From a bacterium (GTDB lineage: Bacteria; UBP6; UBA1177), in NCBI GenBank assembly GCA_016290135.1, contig JAEESW010000009.1, positions 3,174 to 67,173 of the forward strand: a stretch of DNA of 64,000 bases. The letters run 5' to 3'. How positions within the stretch are numbered: the stretch's first letter is position 1; each line of letters starts with the position of its first letter. The position numbers and the translations under genes are program-made. Below are positions 21,301-28,700 of the stretch, piece after piece. Below the pieces are notes generated by a model. The model was not told the origin of the DNA. It saw nothing but the letters and a program-made list of their open reading frames with translations, and searched no databases.

Positions 21301-22231
21301 AAAGCTGGTCGAGCCATACGAAAACATTTTTCGCGATCATCACGACGCGCGGCATCCAGAACGAATCTTCCGAAAAATTCTCGTTTTCAGGGTCGCCTTC
21401 GCCCCAGCCGGCAAGAGCATCTTTTGTCAGTGCCGGAAAATCGCCGCCTCCGCCCGTCCCGAAGACAGGTTTTGTCTCCTCTTTTATGATATCGGCAGAA
21501 AGAAGGAGCATTTTCGAAAAACGCGCCGAGATCTTTACTCCCCAGTTTTTGCGGATAAATTCAAGCTGCCCCGCAAGAGAATCAGGACTTGCCTTGAAAG
21601 GCGCGCGCAGAAGGTCGAGAACTGAAATCTTTTCGCCGCCGAGACCGATCTTCGGACTGCTTTCGAAAAAGTTTTCGGCTATATCGAAAAATTTTCCGTA
21701 AGCAGGATTTTTTTCAAGAACCTCATCTCCGAAAAGTTCGTCAAATTCGGCAAAAGCCGGATTTTCATTGGCGATTTTTAGCAGGATAAGCTCTTCGAGT
21801 TCTGTCAGTTTATTCTGAATTCCGTCCGTTGAAGCGGCAAAAAACTCGGCTGCGCTCATTCCGCCTGTCATCGTCTGCTGAGTCGGAAATTCCTTGATAA
21901 AATCGATGATCAAAGCCTTTGTAGTGTCGCTACCGAGCTCATGCTCAGCCTTTTCAAACAGTTTTTTTAAGAAATCGGGAAAAATTTCAGTCCTGTAAAG
22001 ATGAAAAATGAAGTGCCCGATCTCGTCGATAAGCCCCATTGCATAAAGATTTCCCGGAGTTATGTGCTTCCCGTTTTTTTCCGCGGCATACTGCAAATTA
22101 AGTTTGTGCGCGAAATCCTTCGCAGCTGCAAAATCGGCGAAAACAACATTCCCCGAAATCGAAAAAAGTTCTTTTGAAAGCTGGAAACGCTCTCTGGAAG
22201 CGCGTTTTACGTGAAAATGATTCGTATGCAT
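18380..22231 (-). CDS. fusion ORF: GH13-like alpha-glucan hydrolase/transferase (N-terminal ~856 aa) + YhaM/CdsB (UPF0597) L-cysteine desulfidase-like domain (C-terminal 427 aa)
   Basis: GH13 regions I-IV: DMVPNH; IRFDAAMTLAKRH; AEAFW; FLNNPDEE. C-terminal domain aligns throughout with E. coli YhaM: PALGCTEPIA, NGLGVGIPGTGMVGLPIAAALG, CGSHTNIV, MSNSGSGNQGIT, KLSALCG, MICDGAKAGCALKVS. One continuous 1283-aa frame; internal Met at 19661..19663 is preceded by GAGGAAGAG. Confidence 0.8.
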   Translation of the reverse strand: MHTNHFHVKRASRERFQLSKELFSISGNVVFADFAAAKDFAHKLNLQYAAEKNGKHITPGNLYAMGLIDEIGHFIFHLYRTEIFPDFLKKLFEKAEHELGSDTTKALIIDFIKEFPTQQTMTGGMSAAEFFAASTDGIQNKLTELEELILLKIANENPAFAEFDELFGDEVLEKNPAYGKFFDIAENFFESSPKIGLGGEKISVLDLLRAPFKASPDSLAGQLEFIRKNWGVKISARFSKMLLLSADIIKEETKPVFGTGGGGDFPALTKDALAGWGEGDPENENFSEDSFWMPRVVMIAKNVFVWLDQLSKQYSADIHTLDRIPDEELETLSRRGFTALWLIGLWERSKASKRIKQIMGNPEAAASAYSLYDYEIASELGGEAAMQNLRERAWRHGIRLASDMVPNHTAIDSKWISEHPEWFISADEPPFPAYTYNGENLSSDPNIGIYIEDHYYSKSDAAVTFKRVDFRTGKTDYIYHGNDGTCMPWNDTAQLNYMRADVREQVIQTIIKIAKNFPVIRFDAAMTLAKRHYHRLWFPEPGSGGDIASRAEHGLTTEEFNKFFPKEFWREVVDRVALDAPETLLLAEAFWLMEGYFVRTLGMHRVYNSAFMNFMKNEENAKYRQSVKSVLEFDPHILERYVNFLNNPDEETAVAQFGDNDKYFGVTLLMITMPGLPMFGHGQIEGFSEKYGMEYRRAYKNETVNQALVERHEREIFPLLHLRRLFAHVDDFHFYDFYRSDGSVDENVFAYSNGWGESKVLVFYHNKFAETSGWIKQSCAWLDKGSNELKRINLDFALGLRNEKGTYLQFKELISGKEYTISTGDIFEHGFFIQLKAYEYRVFTDFKVVENRKEEEMDYQLYINAFNSEVVPALGCTEPIAVALAAATSTKLLGGHIKRAEIALSGNIMKNGLGVGIPGTGMVGLPIAAALGITGGDPTKELEVLSGVTPEEIEEAKKMVKDGKISITLKEQVDKLYIEAACFSGKNCARTIICGSHTNIVLTELNGKIVSQKSCSALSFDKEESKKTEEHHMTVEGIWNFINKVPLDKIRYVLEGAEMNKRIALEGLSGDYGLRVGKTLRLNVKKGILCDDLANYAMALTAAASDARMAGCTLPVMSNSGSGNQGITVMMPIVATAERLGSSEEKLIRALYLGNLIAIHLKEFMSKLSALCGTVTASTGAACGMVYLMDGGLPQINYAIKNMIGNISGMICDGAKAGCALKVSTTINAALQSALLAIENIEISETDGIIERDIEKTIKNLATVASEGMEKTDQVILDIMTCK

Positions 22232-22257
22232 GTCTATATAGTCAATGGTTGTCAGTC

Positions 22258-22695
22258 TTATGAAAGTGCCTTCTTTACAAGTCCGCTTGCGGTCTTTCCG
22301 TCAAACTGACCGTCATATTTTTTCTTGAGTTCCGCCATGACAGCGCCCATCTGACGCGGCGATTTGTCGGGAAGAGTTGCAACGATCTCTTCAATAACTT
22401 TCGCAAGTTCTTCTTCAGAAAGCTGCTTCGGAAGAAGCGATTCAAGTATCTCTTTTTCGCGGAGAGTTTCTGTTTTGTCCTTGCCCATTTCGTCCATCAG
22501 AGTAAGAGTTTCGTTCACGTTTTTGAGGAATTTCTTGATCATCGCGATAGTTTCTGCATCGGTCGTTTCGCGGTTTCCGTCGTTTTTACCGACCATTACA
22601 GCCTCTGCGACTAAAGTCGAAAGGAGATTTCCTTTGACCGTATCTTTCTCAAGTTTCGCTTTCATCATCATTTTTCTAAGTTCGCCAAGCAGCAT
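22258..22695 (-). CDS. GatB/YqeY domain protein
   Basis: MLLGELRKMMMKAKLEKD..LKKKYDGQFDGKTASGLVKKAL typical YqeY. Start at the Met preceded by GGGAGG (the ORF-track start 22719 is upstream). Confidence 0.8.
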   Translation of the reverse strand: MLLGELRKMMMKAKLEKDTVKGNLLSTLVAEAVMVGKNDGNRETTDAETIAMIKKFLKNVNETLTLMDEMGKDKTETLREKEILESLLPKQLSEEELAKVIEEIVATLPDKSPRQMGAVMAELKKKYDGQFDGKTASGLVKKALS

Positions 22696-22788
22696 TTTGA
22701 CCTCCCTGTTTAAAACCAATTAAAAAAGAACGAAAAAGTATAGTTGCAACTTTTTTGATGTCAAAAATAGAGCCGCTGTGGCATTAAG

Positions 22789-23757
22789 TTATTTCGTGAT
22801 TTTATCCGCCGAAATGAAGCCGTAAGCGTCAGTGGCGCTGAAGACCGCTTTTTTGATCGCTTCGCTTACGACTTCTGCCGCGATAATTCCGACGAGATCC
22901 GTGTCCGCGCTGACGTTTCCGACTGAAAGAGCGTAAATAGAGTCGCCGTCAGCCGATGTATGGACAGGATTTATCGACCTTGCGTAACCGTCCTGGGCCA
23001 TTCCCGCGATTTTGCAGAGTTTCGCTTTCGGAAAAGCGGCGTTTGTGATGACGATTCCAAGCGTTGTATTGCCCGCGAACTTGTTTTCTTTCGGAATTAT
23101 GCTCTTTTTCATGTATTCGGAAGTGCTGCGAAGCCCGGTTTTATCCTCGGTGAGAAGCCCTGCGATCTGTTTTCCCGTTTTGTGATCGAAGATGTCGCCC
23201 AGAGCGTTCAGTGCGACAACGGCACCTATCTGAAGGTCTCCTATCTGCACTGCATAGCTTCCGATGCCCGTTTTCATGCAATAGTCCATGCCGAGGATCT
23301 TTCCGACAGTCGCCCCGCATCCTGCTCCGTAGTTGCCGTCACGGTAGTTTGGATCGTCAAGCGCGATTTTTGCCGCCTCGTAACCCATTACGCTATCAGG
23401 CCGCGTGAAAGTGTCTCCGACAGTGAGATCGAACAAATCGGACTGCACCACGAGAGGCACTTTTGTGACTGAAACATCGAAACCGATCCCTCTCTCCTCG
23501 AGAAGTTTCATAACTCCGTCTGCCGCGCCGAGCCCGAAAGCGCTACCGCCACCAAGAACGACAGCTTGGATCTCTTCAGCCGCCATGAGAGGATTGAGAA
23601 GCTGGCTTTCACGCGCCGCAGGGCCGCCTCCGCGGATATCGATACCGGCGTGCATCCCTGTTTCGCTCACAAAAACAGTGCAGCCGGTCGCCGCTTTTTC
23701 GTTCTCGACCTGACCGATTTTTATCCCTTTGATCTCAGTTACAGATATTTCTTTCAT
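22789..23757 (-). CDS. P1 family peptidase (S58, DmpA/OAT-like L-aminopeptidase/D-Ala esterase-amidase)
   Basis: GIKIGQVEN..TGCTVFV..GIDIRGGGPA..LGGGSAFGL..TNAAF motifs of the DmpA/S58 family. Confidence 0.8.
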   Translation of the reverse strand: MKEISVTEIKGIKIGQVENEKAATGCTVFVSETGMHAGIDIRGGGPAARESQLLNPLMAAEEIQAVVLGGGSAFGLGAADGVMKLLEERGIGFDVSVTKVPLVVQSDLFDLTVGDTFTRPDSVMGYEAAKIALDDPNYRDGNYGAGCGATVGKILGMDYCMKTGIGSYAVQIGDLQIGAVVALNALGDIFDHKTGKQIAGLLTEDKTGLRSTSEYMKKSIIPKENKFAGNTTLGIVITNAAFPKAKLCKIAGMAQDGYARSINPVHTSADGDSIYALSVGNVSADTDLVGIIAAEVVSEAIKKAVFSATDAYGFISADKITK

Positions 23758-24420
23758 TTAAGCCTCCTTTTTGTTCTTCAGCTCGTTTCTGACTTTTTCC
23801 AGATCGCTGCAGGAAAGCAGAGGCATAAGATCGTCTATCTCTTCTATGCTTTTATCCCACCATTTGAACTCAAGCAGCAGTTCAGTCAGCTCGTCGTCAA
23901 AGCGTTTTTTTACGACCCGGCACGGGTTGCCCACTGCAACAGTGTAAGGCGGAATATCAGAAGCCACTACCGAATTCGCCCCGATAATTGCTCCGTCACC
24001 GATATGAACACCGGGCATAACCGTTACATTCTGGCCGATCCAGACATCATTTCCAACGACAGTGTCGCCTTTGAGCGGCAGTTCTTCTGTTACCGGCGCA
24101 AGCGCGTTCCCCCATTTTCCGCCCATTATGTAAAACGGATAAGTCGTCACGCAGCCCATTCTGTGATTGGCGCCGTTCATCACGAACTCGACACCCTTTG
24201 CTATGGCACAGAACTTGCCGATGATCAGTTTGTCGCCGATAAAACCGTAGTGATGCGTAACATGTTTTTCGAACTGCTCTGCACCGTTCACGTCGTCGTA
24301 ATAAGTGAAATCACCGACAATGATATTCGGATTTTTCACAACATTCTTGATATAGCAGAGACTTGGAATCTTCGGATTCGGAAAAGCCTCGTCAGGACTG
24401 GGTGTTTGTCTGTTTGCCAT
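23758..24420 (-). CDS. vat: Vat-family streptogramin A O-acetyltransferase (xenobiotic acetyltransferase, hexapeptide repeat)
   Basis: Vat/XAT signature over the full length: GDFTYYDD, HHYGFIGDKLIIGKFC, MNGANHRM, LKGDTVVGNDVWIGQNV, MPGVHIGDGAIIGANSVV, KWWDK. About 220 aa. Confidence 0.85.
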   Translation of the reverse strand: MANRQTPSPDEAFPNPKIPSLCYIKNVVKNPNIIVGDFTYYDDVNGAEQFEKHVTHHYGFIGDKLIIGKFCAIAKGVEFVMNGANHRMGCVTTYPFYIMGGKWGNALAPVTEELPLKGDTVVGNDVWIGQNVTVMPGVHIGDGAIIGANSVVASDIPPYTVAVGNPCRVVKKRFDDELTELLLEFKWWDKSIEEIDDLMPLLSCSDLEKVRNELKNKKEA

Positions 24421-24460
24421 GTTTTTCTCCTGCTACTTTGTATTTTTGCCGCAAGTCCAT

Positions 24461-24739
24461 TTACTTGAACAACTCCGAATGTGTCCCCGCACGATAAAGG
24501 ACAAGAACAAGAACCTCATTTTGGATTTCGTATATCAAAAGCCAGTCAGGTTCGATGTGGCATTCACGTGTCCCTTTGTAGTTGCCAGAAAGTTCGTGGT
24601 CACGGTATTTCGCATCAAGTGTGCCGCCTTCGGCAAGAATATTCACGACTTCGAAGAGTTTATCCAAATTCCTGTTCTGTTTTTTCGCCAGTTTCAGATC
24701 TTTCTTGAACTGGTTCGTGAATTTGACTTCGTATTTCAT
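24461..24739 (-). CDS. yafQ: type II toxin, RelE/YafQ family mRNA interferase
   Basis: 92 aa, KFTNQFKKDLKLAKKQNRNL...ELSGNYKGTRECHIEPDWLLIY pattern of the YafQ/RelE fold. Overlaps upstream antitoxin by 4 nt. Confidence 0.8.
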   Translation of the reverse strand: MKYEVKFTNQFKKDLKLAKKQNRNLDKLFEVVNILAEGGTLDAKYRDHELSGNYKGTRECHIEPDWLLIYEIQNEVLVLVLYRAGTHSELFK

Positions 24740-25008
24740 GCTTCCAATGCCGCTCTCAGTTCATCCATGCTGGAATAGCCTTTAACGCTGCTGTCGGCTG
24801 CGATGCGTCTGCCTTCCTCGATAGCGGCTGCTGTAACATCGTTCGGTTCGTTCAGCTTCAGCGCGAACGGGATCCCGTGTTCACGGATTGTTGTCCGCAG
24901 AAACATATTGATTGCGGTTGTCATGTTAAGTCCGAGTTCGGAAAAAATCCTGTCAGCTTCTTCCTTTACGGCTTTGTCAGTCCTGATGTTTAAATTTGTT
25001 GCAGTCAT
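24736..25008 (-). CDS. dinJ: type II antitoxin, RelB/DinJ family
   Basis: 90 aa, LNIRTDKAVKEEADRIFSELGLNMTTAINMFLRTTI ribbon-helix-helix antitoxin; cognate of the downstream YafQ-like toxin. Confidence 0.8.
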   Translation of the reverse strand: MTATNLNIRTDKAVKEEADRIFSELGLNMTTAINMFLRTTIREHGIPFALKLNEPNDVTAAAIEEGRRIAADSSVKGYSSMDELRAALEA

Positions 25009-25029
25009 TTTTTACCTCCGTTTTTCGGT

Positions 25030-25075
25030 TAGAATATACACAGTATTCGTTTATTGTCAACACAATAGCTCTATT
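25030..25075 (-). promoter_or_regulatory. sigma70-like promoter and operator-like inverted repeat of the dinJ-yafQ operon
   Basis: Minus strand reads TTGACA-N16/17-TATATT ending about 20 nt before the dinJ ATG (RBS GGAGGTAAAAA). TATTG-N6-CAATA inverted repeat overlaps the -35. Coordinates approximate. Confidence 0.5.
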
Positions 25076-25112
25076 TTGTCATAGAAAAATGACTTTTCAT
25101 CCAACTGCTCTG

Positions 25113-25148
25113 TTTTTCGTCCGATTCTGGCTCAATTTGGACGAAAAA
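25113..25148. repeat. 36-bp palindromic element copy A (TTTTTCGTCC-N16-GGACGAAAAA)
   Basis: Perfect 10-bp inverted arms with a 16-nt spacer, downstream of the AT-rich ORF and about 50 bp upstream of the dinJ promoter. Confidence 0.65.
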
Positions 25149-25228
25149 TTTAAGCCGCTGTCGCGTTGGCGGTTCAGATAGTCAGTTAGCCAGATCGTCT
25201 GCTTTGCATATCAATATACAATATTTGC

Positions 25229-25999
25229 TTAATATCTTGAATTTATTGACGTTTTGTGCTCGGAGTACTCGTTTGATATATAGCCGGCAATCTTCCTGAT
25301 ATTGTCATAGCTACCACCTTGTGCGGATTGCAAATAAATTGACCAACCAACAACAATACTTTGATTATATTCTCCAAAATATGCTGAGAAATTTTTTTTC
25401 CCATCATTAACAGGCTGTTCAATATATTGGAATTTTAGCTGTTCTTGAATTTTCGAAAAAGCAGTTTTTCCATTCAAAAATATAAATTTAAATTTTTTAT
25501 ATGAAAGCAATTTCTTTAAAAAAGGAAGTCCTGTTTGAAGCAATAAAGACCTCGAATGATCAGTAAGATCAGCCCATTTGGGAGTAGTTGCCCATTGAAC
25601 CAAATCCAAAGCAACAACACTTCCTTCATAATATGAAAGATTTGCATCAAATGCTCGCAAAAACGTTTCCATTTTATCAAACCAAAGTTTATATGGTTTT
25701 TTATCAAAATACCCTTCACATTCTTTTAGAACCTTTTCTGCATCATCTTCAGAAAGTTTATCTTCATCTTTTTTCCCTAATTTTTTTCGATAACAAAGTC
25801 GAGACCTATCGTTTTCTAACAAATTATTTTTTGCATCATAAAATTCTCTGTCACTTGGATTTAAAGATATTGTGCAAGCTGTAGCCTGTTCCAAATTGCC
25901 AAAAAAAGGAATCGGTGTAGTACCTTTTGTTATTTGAAGAGTAGTGTCAATAGGCATCATTATAAGTTCCAAAATCTTACGTTTAAACTCTGCATCCAT
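25229..25999 (-). CDS. hypothetical protein, AT-rich orphan gene (256 aa)
   Basis: Clean ORF with strong RBS (AAGGAGAAAAAT-ATG). Markedly lower GC (about one-third by eye) than flanks. No domain confidently recognised. Confidence 0.6.
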   Translation of the reverse strand: MDAEFKRKILELIMMPIDTTLQITKGTTPIPFFGNLEQATACTISLNPSDREFYDAKNNLLENDRSRLCYRKKLGKKDEDKLSEDDAEKVLKECEGYFDKKPYKLWFDKMETFLRAFDANLSYYEGSVVALDLVQWATTPKWADLTDHSRSLLLQTGLPFLKKLLSYKKFKFIFLNGKTAFSKIQEQLKFQYIEQPVNDGKKNFSAYFGEYNQSIVVGWSIYLQSAQGGSYDNIRKIAGYISNEYSEHKTSINSRY

Positions 26000-26038
26000 A
26001 TTTTTCTCCTTATTTCATTATTTTATTTTCAACCACCG

Positions 26039-26095
26039 TTTTTCGTCCAATTTTGCCGATTTTTGGACGAAAATCAACCGCTTTGGACGAAAAAA
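26039..26095. repeat. 36-bp palindromic element copy B (TTTTTCGTCC-N16-GGACGAAAA, 26039..26073) plus extra half-site GGACGAAAAA (26085..26095)
   Basis: Same arm sequence and spacer length as copy A; spacers 10/16 identical in the same orientation. Sits immediately upstream of the AT-rich ORF. Confidence 0.65.
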
Positions 26096-26211
26096 CCGTT
26101 TTAACCATCTAAAAGTCCAGCAAATAAAGTCGTTTTTCGGGAAATGACGTGGTTGAAATTCTGGAATTTTGTGAAAAATTAGTCAAAAACAGCCGGAATT
26201 TTGTGAAAACT

Positions 26212-26697
26212 TCACACGATATCCGCCGGTGTGCAGCGGCTGACACTGATGAGGTCTTTGGGCGAAAGCTCGACCTGAAAGCCGACTTTTCCTGCGCTGA
26301 CATAGATTTTTTCGAGATTTTCCGCGGTTATGTGCAGGAATGTCGGGAACTGTTTTTTCATTCCGATCGGCGAGCAGCCGCCGTGGACATAGCCGGTGAG
26401 CTGAAGAAGCTCCTTCTGTTTTATCATTTCGATCGATTTTTCGCCTGATGCTTTTGCCGCTTTCTTAAGGTCAAGCTCGGCGTGGACGGGGATCACAAAA
26501 ACATAGTGCTGGCCGCTTTTTCCCTGGGTGACGAGCGTTTTGAAAACATTGGACGTGTCTTCGCCTAAGATCGCGGCGATCTGAACGCCTGTCAAAGTGG
26601 CGTCGGGCTCGTATTCATGCGCGGTGTAAGCGATTTTTTTGCTCTCCAGAACACGCATGACATTGGTTTTTTCGGGCTTTTTCATTTGGCAACTCAT
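26212..26697 (-). CDS. ybaK: Cys-tRNA(Pro)/Cys-tRNA(Cys) deacylase YbaK
   Basis: About 157 aa, NVMRVLESKKIAYTAHEY..KTLV..GGCSPIG motif pattern of YbaK/ProX trans-editing domain. Start may be the internal Met at 26685. Confidence 0.85.
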   Translation of the reverse strand: MSCQMKKPEKTNVMRVLESKKIAYTAHEYEPDATLTGVQIAAILGEDTSNVFKTLVTQGKSGQHYVFVIPVHAELDLKKAAKASGEKSIEMIKQKELLQLTGYVHGGCSPIGMKKQFPTFLHITAENLEKIYVSAGKVGFQVELSPKDLISVSRCTPADIV

Positions 26698-26827
26698 TTT
26701 TTAACAAAATCACAAAAAGCACGAAATTATAGGAAAATCGCATGGAAAGGCAACGATAGTTTTCTTTTGACCATGTTGAGCAAAGCGAAACATCTTTTGG
26801 CTCCTATTTAAAATTTTTCCGATTTCG

Positions 26828-26930
26828 GGAAAAATTCTCAATAGCATTTAGAAAATTTCCAAAATAAGAAAAAATTCTCAATAGTGTTGCGAATTTTTCT
26901 GAAATGAGTAAAATTTCTCAACAGGTTCTT
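26828..26930 (+). promoter_or_regulatory. three tandem ~40-bp direct repeats (core AAAATTCTCAATAG) upstream of the AAA ATPase gene
   Basis: Repeat cores at ~26830, ~26870 and ~26910 (AAAATTCTCAATAGCATT / AAAATTCTCAATAGTGTT / AAAATTTCTCAACAGGTT) with a co-repeated GAAAATTTCC / GAATTTTTCT sub-motif. Ends about 20 nt before the RBS (AAGGAG) of the ATG at 26949. Confidence 0.45.
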
Positions 26931-26948
26931 TTCCGAAGGAGTTCGAGC

Positions 26949-28139
26949 ATGATAAAAAGAGAGAAATATCTCGCTGAAATCCGTGGTTTTTACGACAGTG
27001 ACCTTATAAAAATCATCACTGGTGTCAGACGATGCGGCAAGTCGGTAATTCTGGAACAAATTATGGAAGAAATCAGGCTCCGTTCTGATAATGTGGTCTA
27101 TCTCGACTTCGACGACAGGGCGGTGACATCATCGATCGAAAGCTGGAAAGATATCGTTGATTATGTAAATTCGCGCAAAAAGGCAGGGCTTTGTTATGTT
27201 TTTCTTGACGAAATTCAGGAAATCACAGACTGGGCGCTTGCATGCCGCTCTCTAAGACGGGAAAACTGTTCGGTATTTATCACAGGTTCAAATTCAAAAC
27301 TTCTTTCAAAGGAGTTCACAAGCGAACTTTCCGGAAGATATGTCGCCTTCAGAATCCGTCCGTTTGTCTACAAAGAACTTTCCGAATATGCAGAAGAACT
27401 CAAAAAAGAGTTTACGGTTACCGACTACCTTGTCTGGGGCGGCTTTCCGAAAAGGTTCGAACTTAACGGAACCGCCGAAACGAGGAGGTATGTTTCTGAA
27501 CTTGACGAGACGATAGTTTCAAACGACATCATCAACCGCTACGGCATAAGAAAATCGGTCGAATTTAAAAAGTTCGTGAACTTCATGCTGATTTCAAATG
27601 CGCGGATCTACTCGGCAAAATCAATCTCGAACTATATGAAAAGCTGCGGCATAGACTGCACTTCGAACACCGTTCAGAAATGGATAAGCTACTTGTCTGC
27701 CGCTTATATCATTGATGAAATCCCGCGCTATTCCAAAAAGGCGAAAAAAGAGCTTGAACAAAGCAAAAAAATCTACAACTGTGACGTTTCTCTTAATTCG
27801 ATACGGTGCAGGGACAACCGCTTCGACTTGACGCACAATCTTGAAAATATCGTCTACAACGAGCTTGTTTTTATGGGCTATACTCTCTCTGTTTTTGACA
27901 ACGGCGGAAAGGAAATTGATTTTATCGCCGAAAAGGAAAATCAAAGATACTACATTCAGGTTGCATACAGCATTGCCGAGGAAAAAACTTACGAACGTGA
28001 ACTCGGTGCGTTCGATTCCCTGACGCAAAGGGACAGGAAAATTATTGTCACGAACGACGACATTGACTATTCCACCAGCAATATCGACCACTTGAAACTC
28101 AAAGACTTCCTTTTGATGAATGATTTGGAGAGGAAGTAA
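26949..28139 (+). CDS. AAA-family ATPase (AAA_14 + DUF4143, COG1373-like)
   Basis: Walker A GVRRCGKS; Walker B VFLDEIQ; C-terminal DUF4143-like region. ATG 26949 with AAGGAG RBS (the ORF-track start 26904 is an upstream extension). Confidence 0.8.
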   Translation: MIKREKYLAEIRGFYDSDLIKIITGVRRCGKSVILEQIMEEIRLRSDNVVYLDFDDRAVTSSIESWKDIVDYVNSRKKAGLCYVFLDEIQEITDWALACRSLRRENCSVFITGSNSKLLSKEFTSELSGRYVAFRIRPFVYKELSEYAEELKKEFTVTDYLVWGGFPKRFELNGTAETRRYVSELDETIVSNDIINRYGIRKSVEFKKFVNFMLISNARIYSAKSISNYMKSCGIDCTSNTVQKWISYLSAAYIIDEIPRYSKKAKKELEQSKKIYNCDVSLNSIRCRDNRFDLTHNLENIVYNELVFMGYTLSVFDNGGKEIDFIAEKENQRYYIQVAYSIAEEKTYERELGAFDSLTQRDRKIIVTNDDIDYSTSNIDHLKLKDFLLMNDLERK

Positions 28140-28262
28140 AGAGCTGATTTTGCGGCCTGTTTAAGGATATAAAGGATAAGATGGACTAGAGAATGGTTTG
28201 TTACTTGGACAGTTTAGATAATTTGAGGACCAGATTCAGAACAGGTTAAGTCCGGAAGTCTC

Positions 28263-28700
28263 TTATTTATCATTTTTTACAGTTTTCAGCAGCAGCAGAT
28301 GAGTTGTAACACCGACAAGAACCAGAGCGAGGAATATCCGTATGTAAAAAAGTTTGTCCGGGTCGATATCTTTCATAGCAAAGAAGAAGGAGTAGCCGAT
28401 CCCGAGCCATAATACCGCGAGACTCTGTATTTTATGGCGGAGCAGCATCCCCTTCTTTTCCTTGTAATTCCGGATATATTCACCGAAAAGTCTGTGGTTG
28501 AGAAGCCATTTGTGGAATCTTTCCGAAGAACCTGCAAAGCACCATGCGGCAAGAAGAAGGAACGGAACAGTCGGGATCAGCGGAAGAAACATCCCTATCG
28601 TACCTAATGTCACGGCAACAAAACCGACTGCTATCAAAATATGTTTTTTCAACTTCTCCTCCTGCCCCGCCACATTTACTATTGCAGAACGCAAAGTCAA
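28263..28700 (-). CDS. YbaN/DUF454 family inner-membrane protein
   Basis: GMFLPLIPTVPFLLLAAWCFAGSSERFHKWLLNH matches the YbaN consensus; 3-4 TM helices. Confidence 0.75.
   Translation of the reverse strand: MTLRSAIVNVAGQEEKLKKHILIAVGFVAVTLGTIGMFLPLIPTVPFLLLAAWCFAGSSERFHKWLLNHRLFGEYIRNYKEKKGMLLRHKIQSLAVLWLGIGYSFFFAMKDIDPDKLFYIRIFLALVLVGVTTHLLLLKTVKNDK

Noticed and set aside
25113-25148. Palindrome copy A as an intrinsic terminator for the AT-rich gene or ybaK
   Set aside because: On either strand the stem is followed by an A-run rather than a U-run, and an identical palindrome sits upstream of the gene where a terminator makes no sense. A protein-binding site or mobile-element end is more likely.
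23758-28262. Classical genomic island with integrase or transposase
   Set aside because: No recombinase, transposase or tRNA-adjacent att site was found in or next to the patch; it is flanked by core genes (GatB/YqeY, P1 peptidase; ybaN, rpsU). It is better described as a small accessory patch with a possible non-autonomous element.
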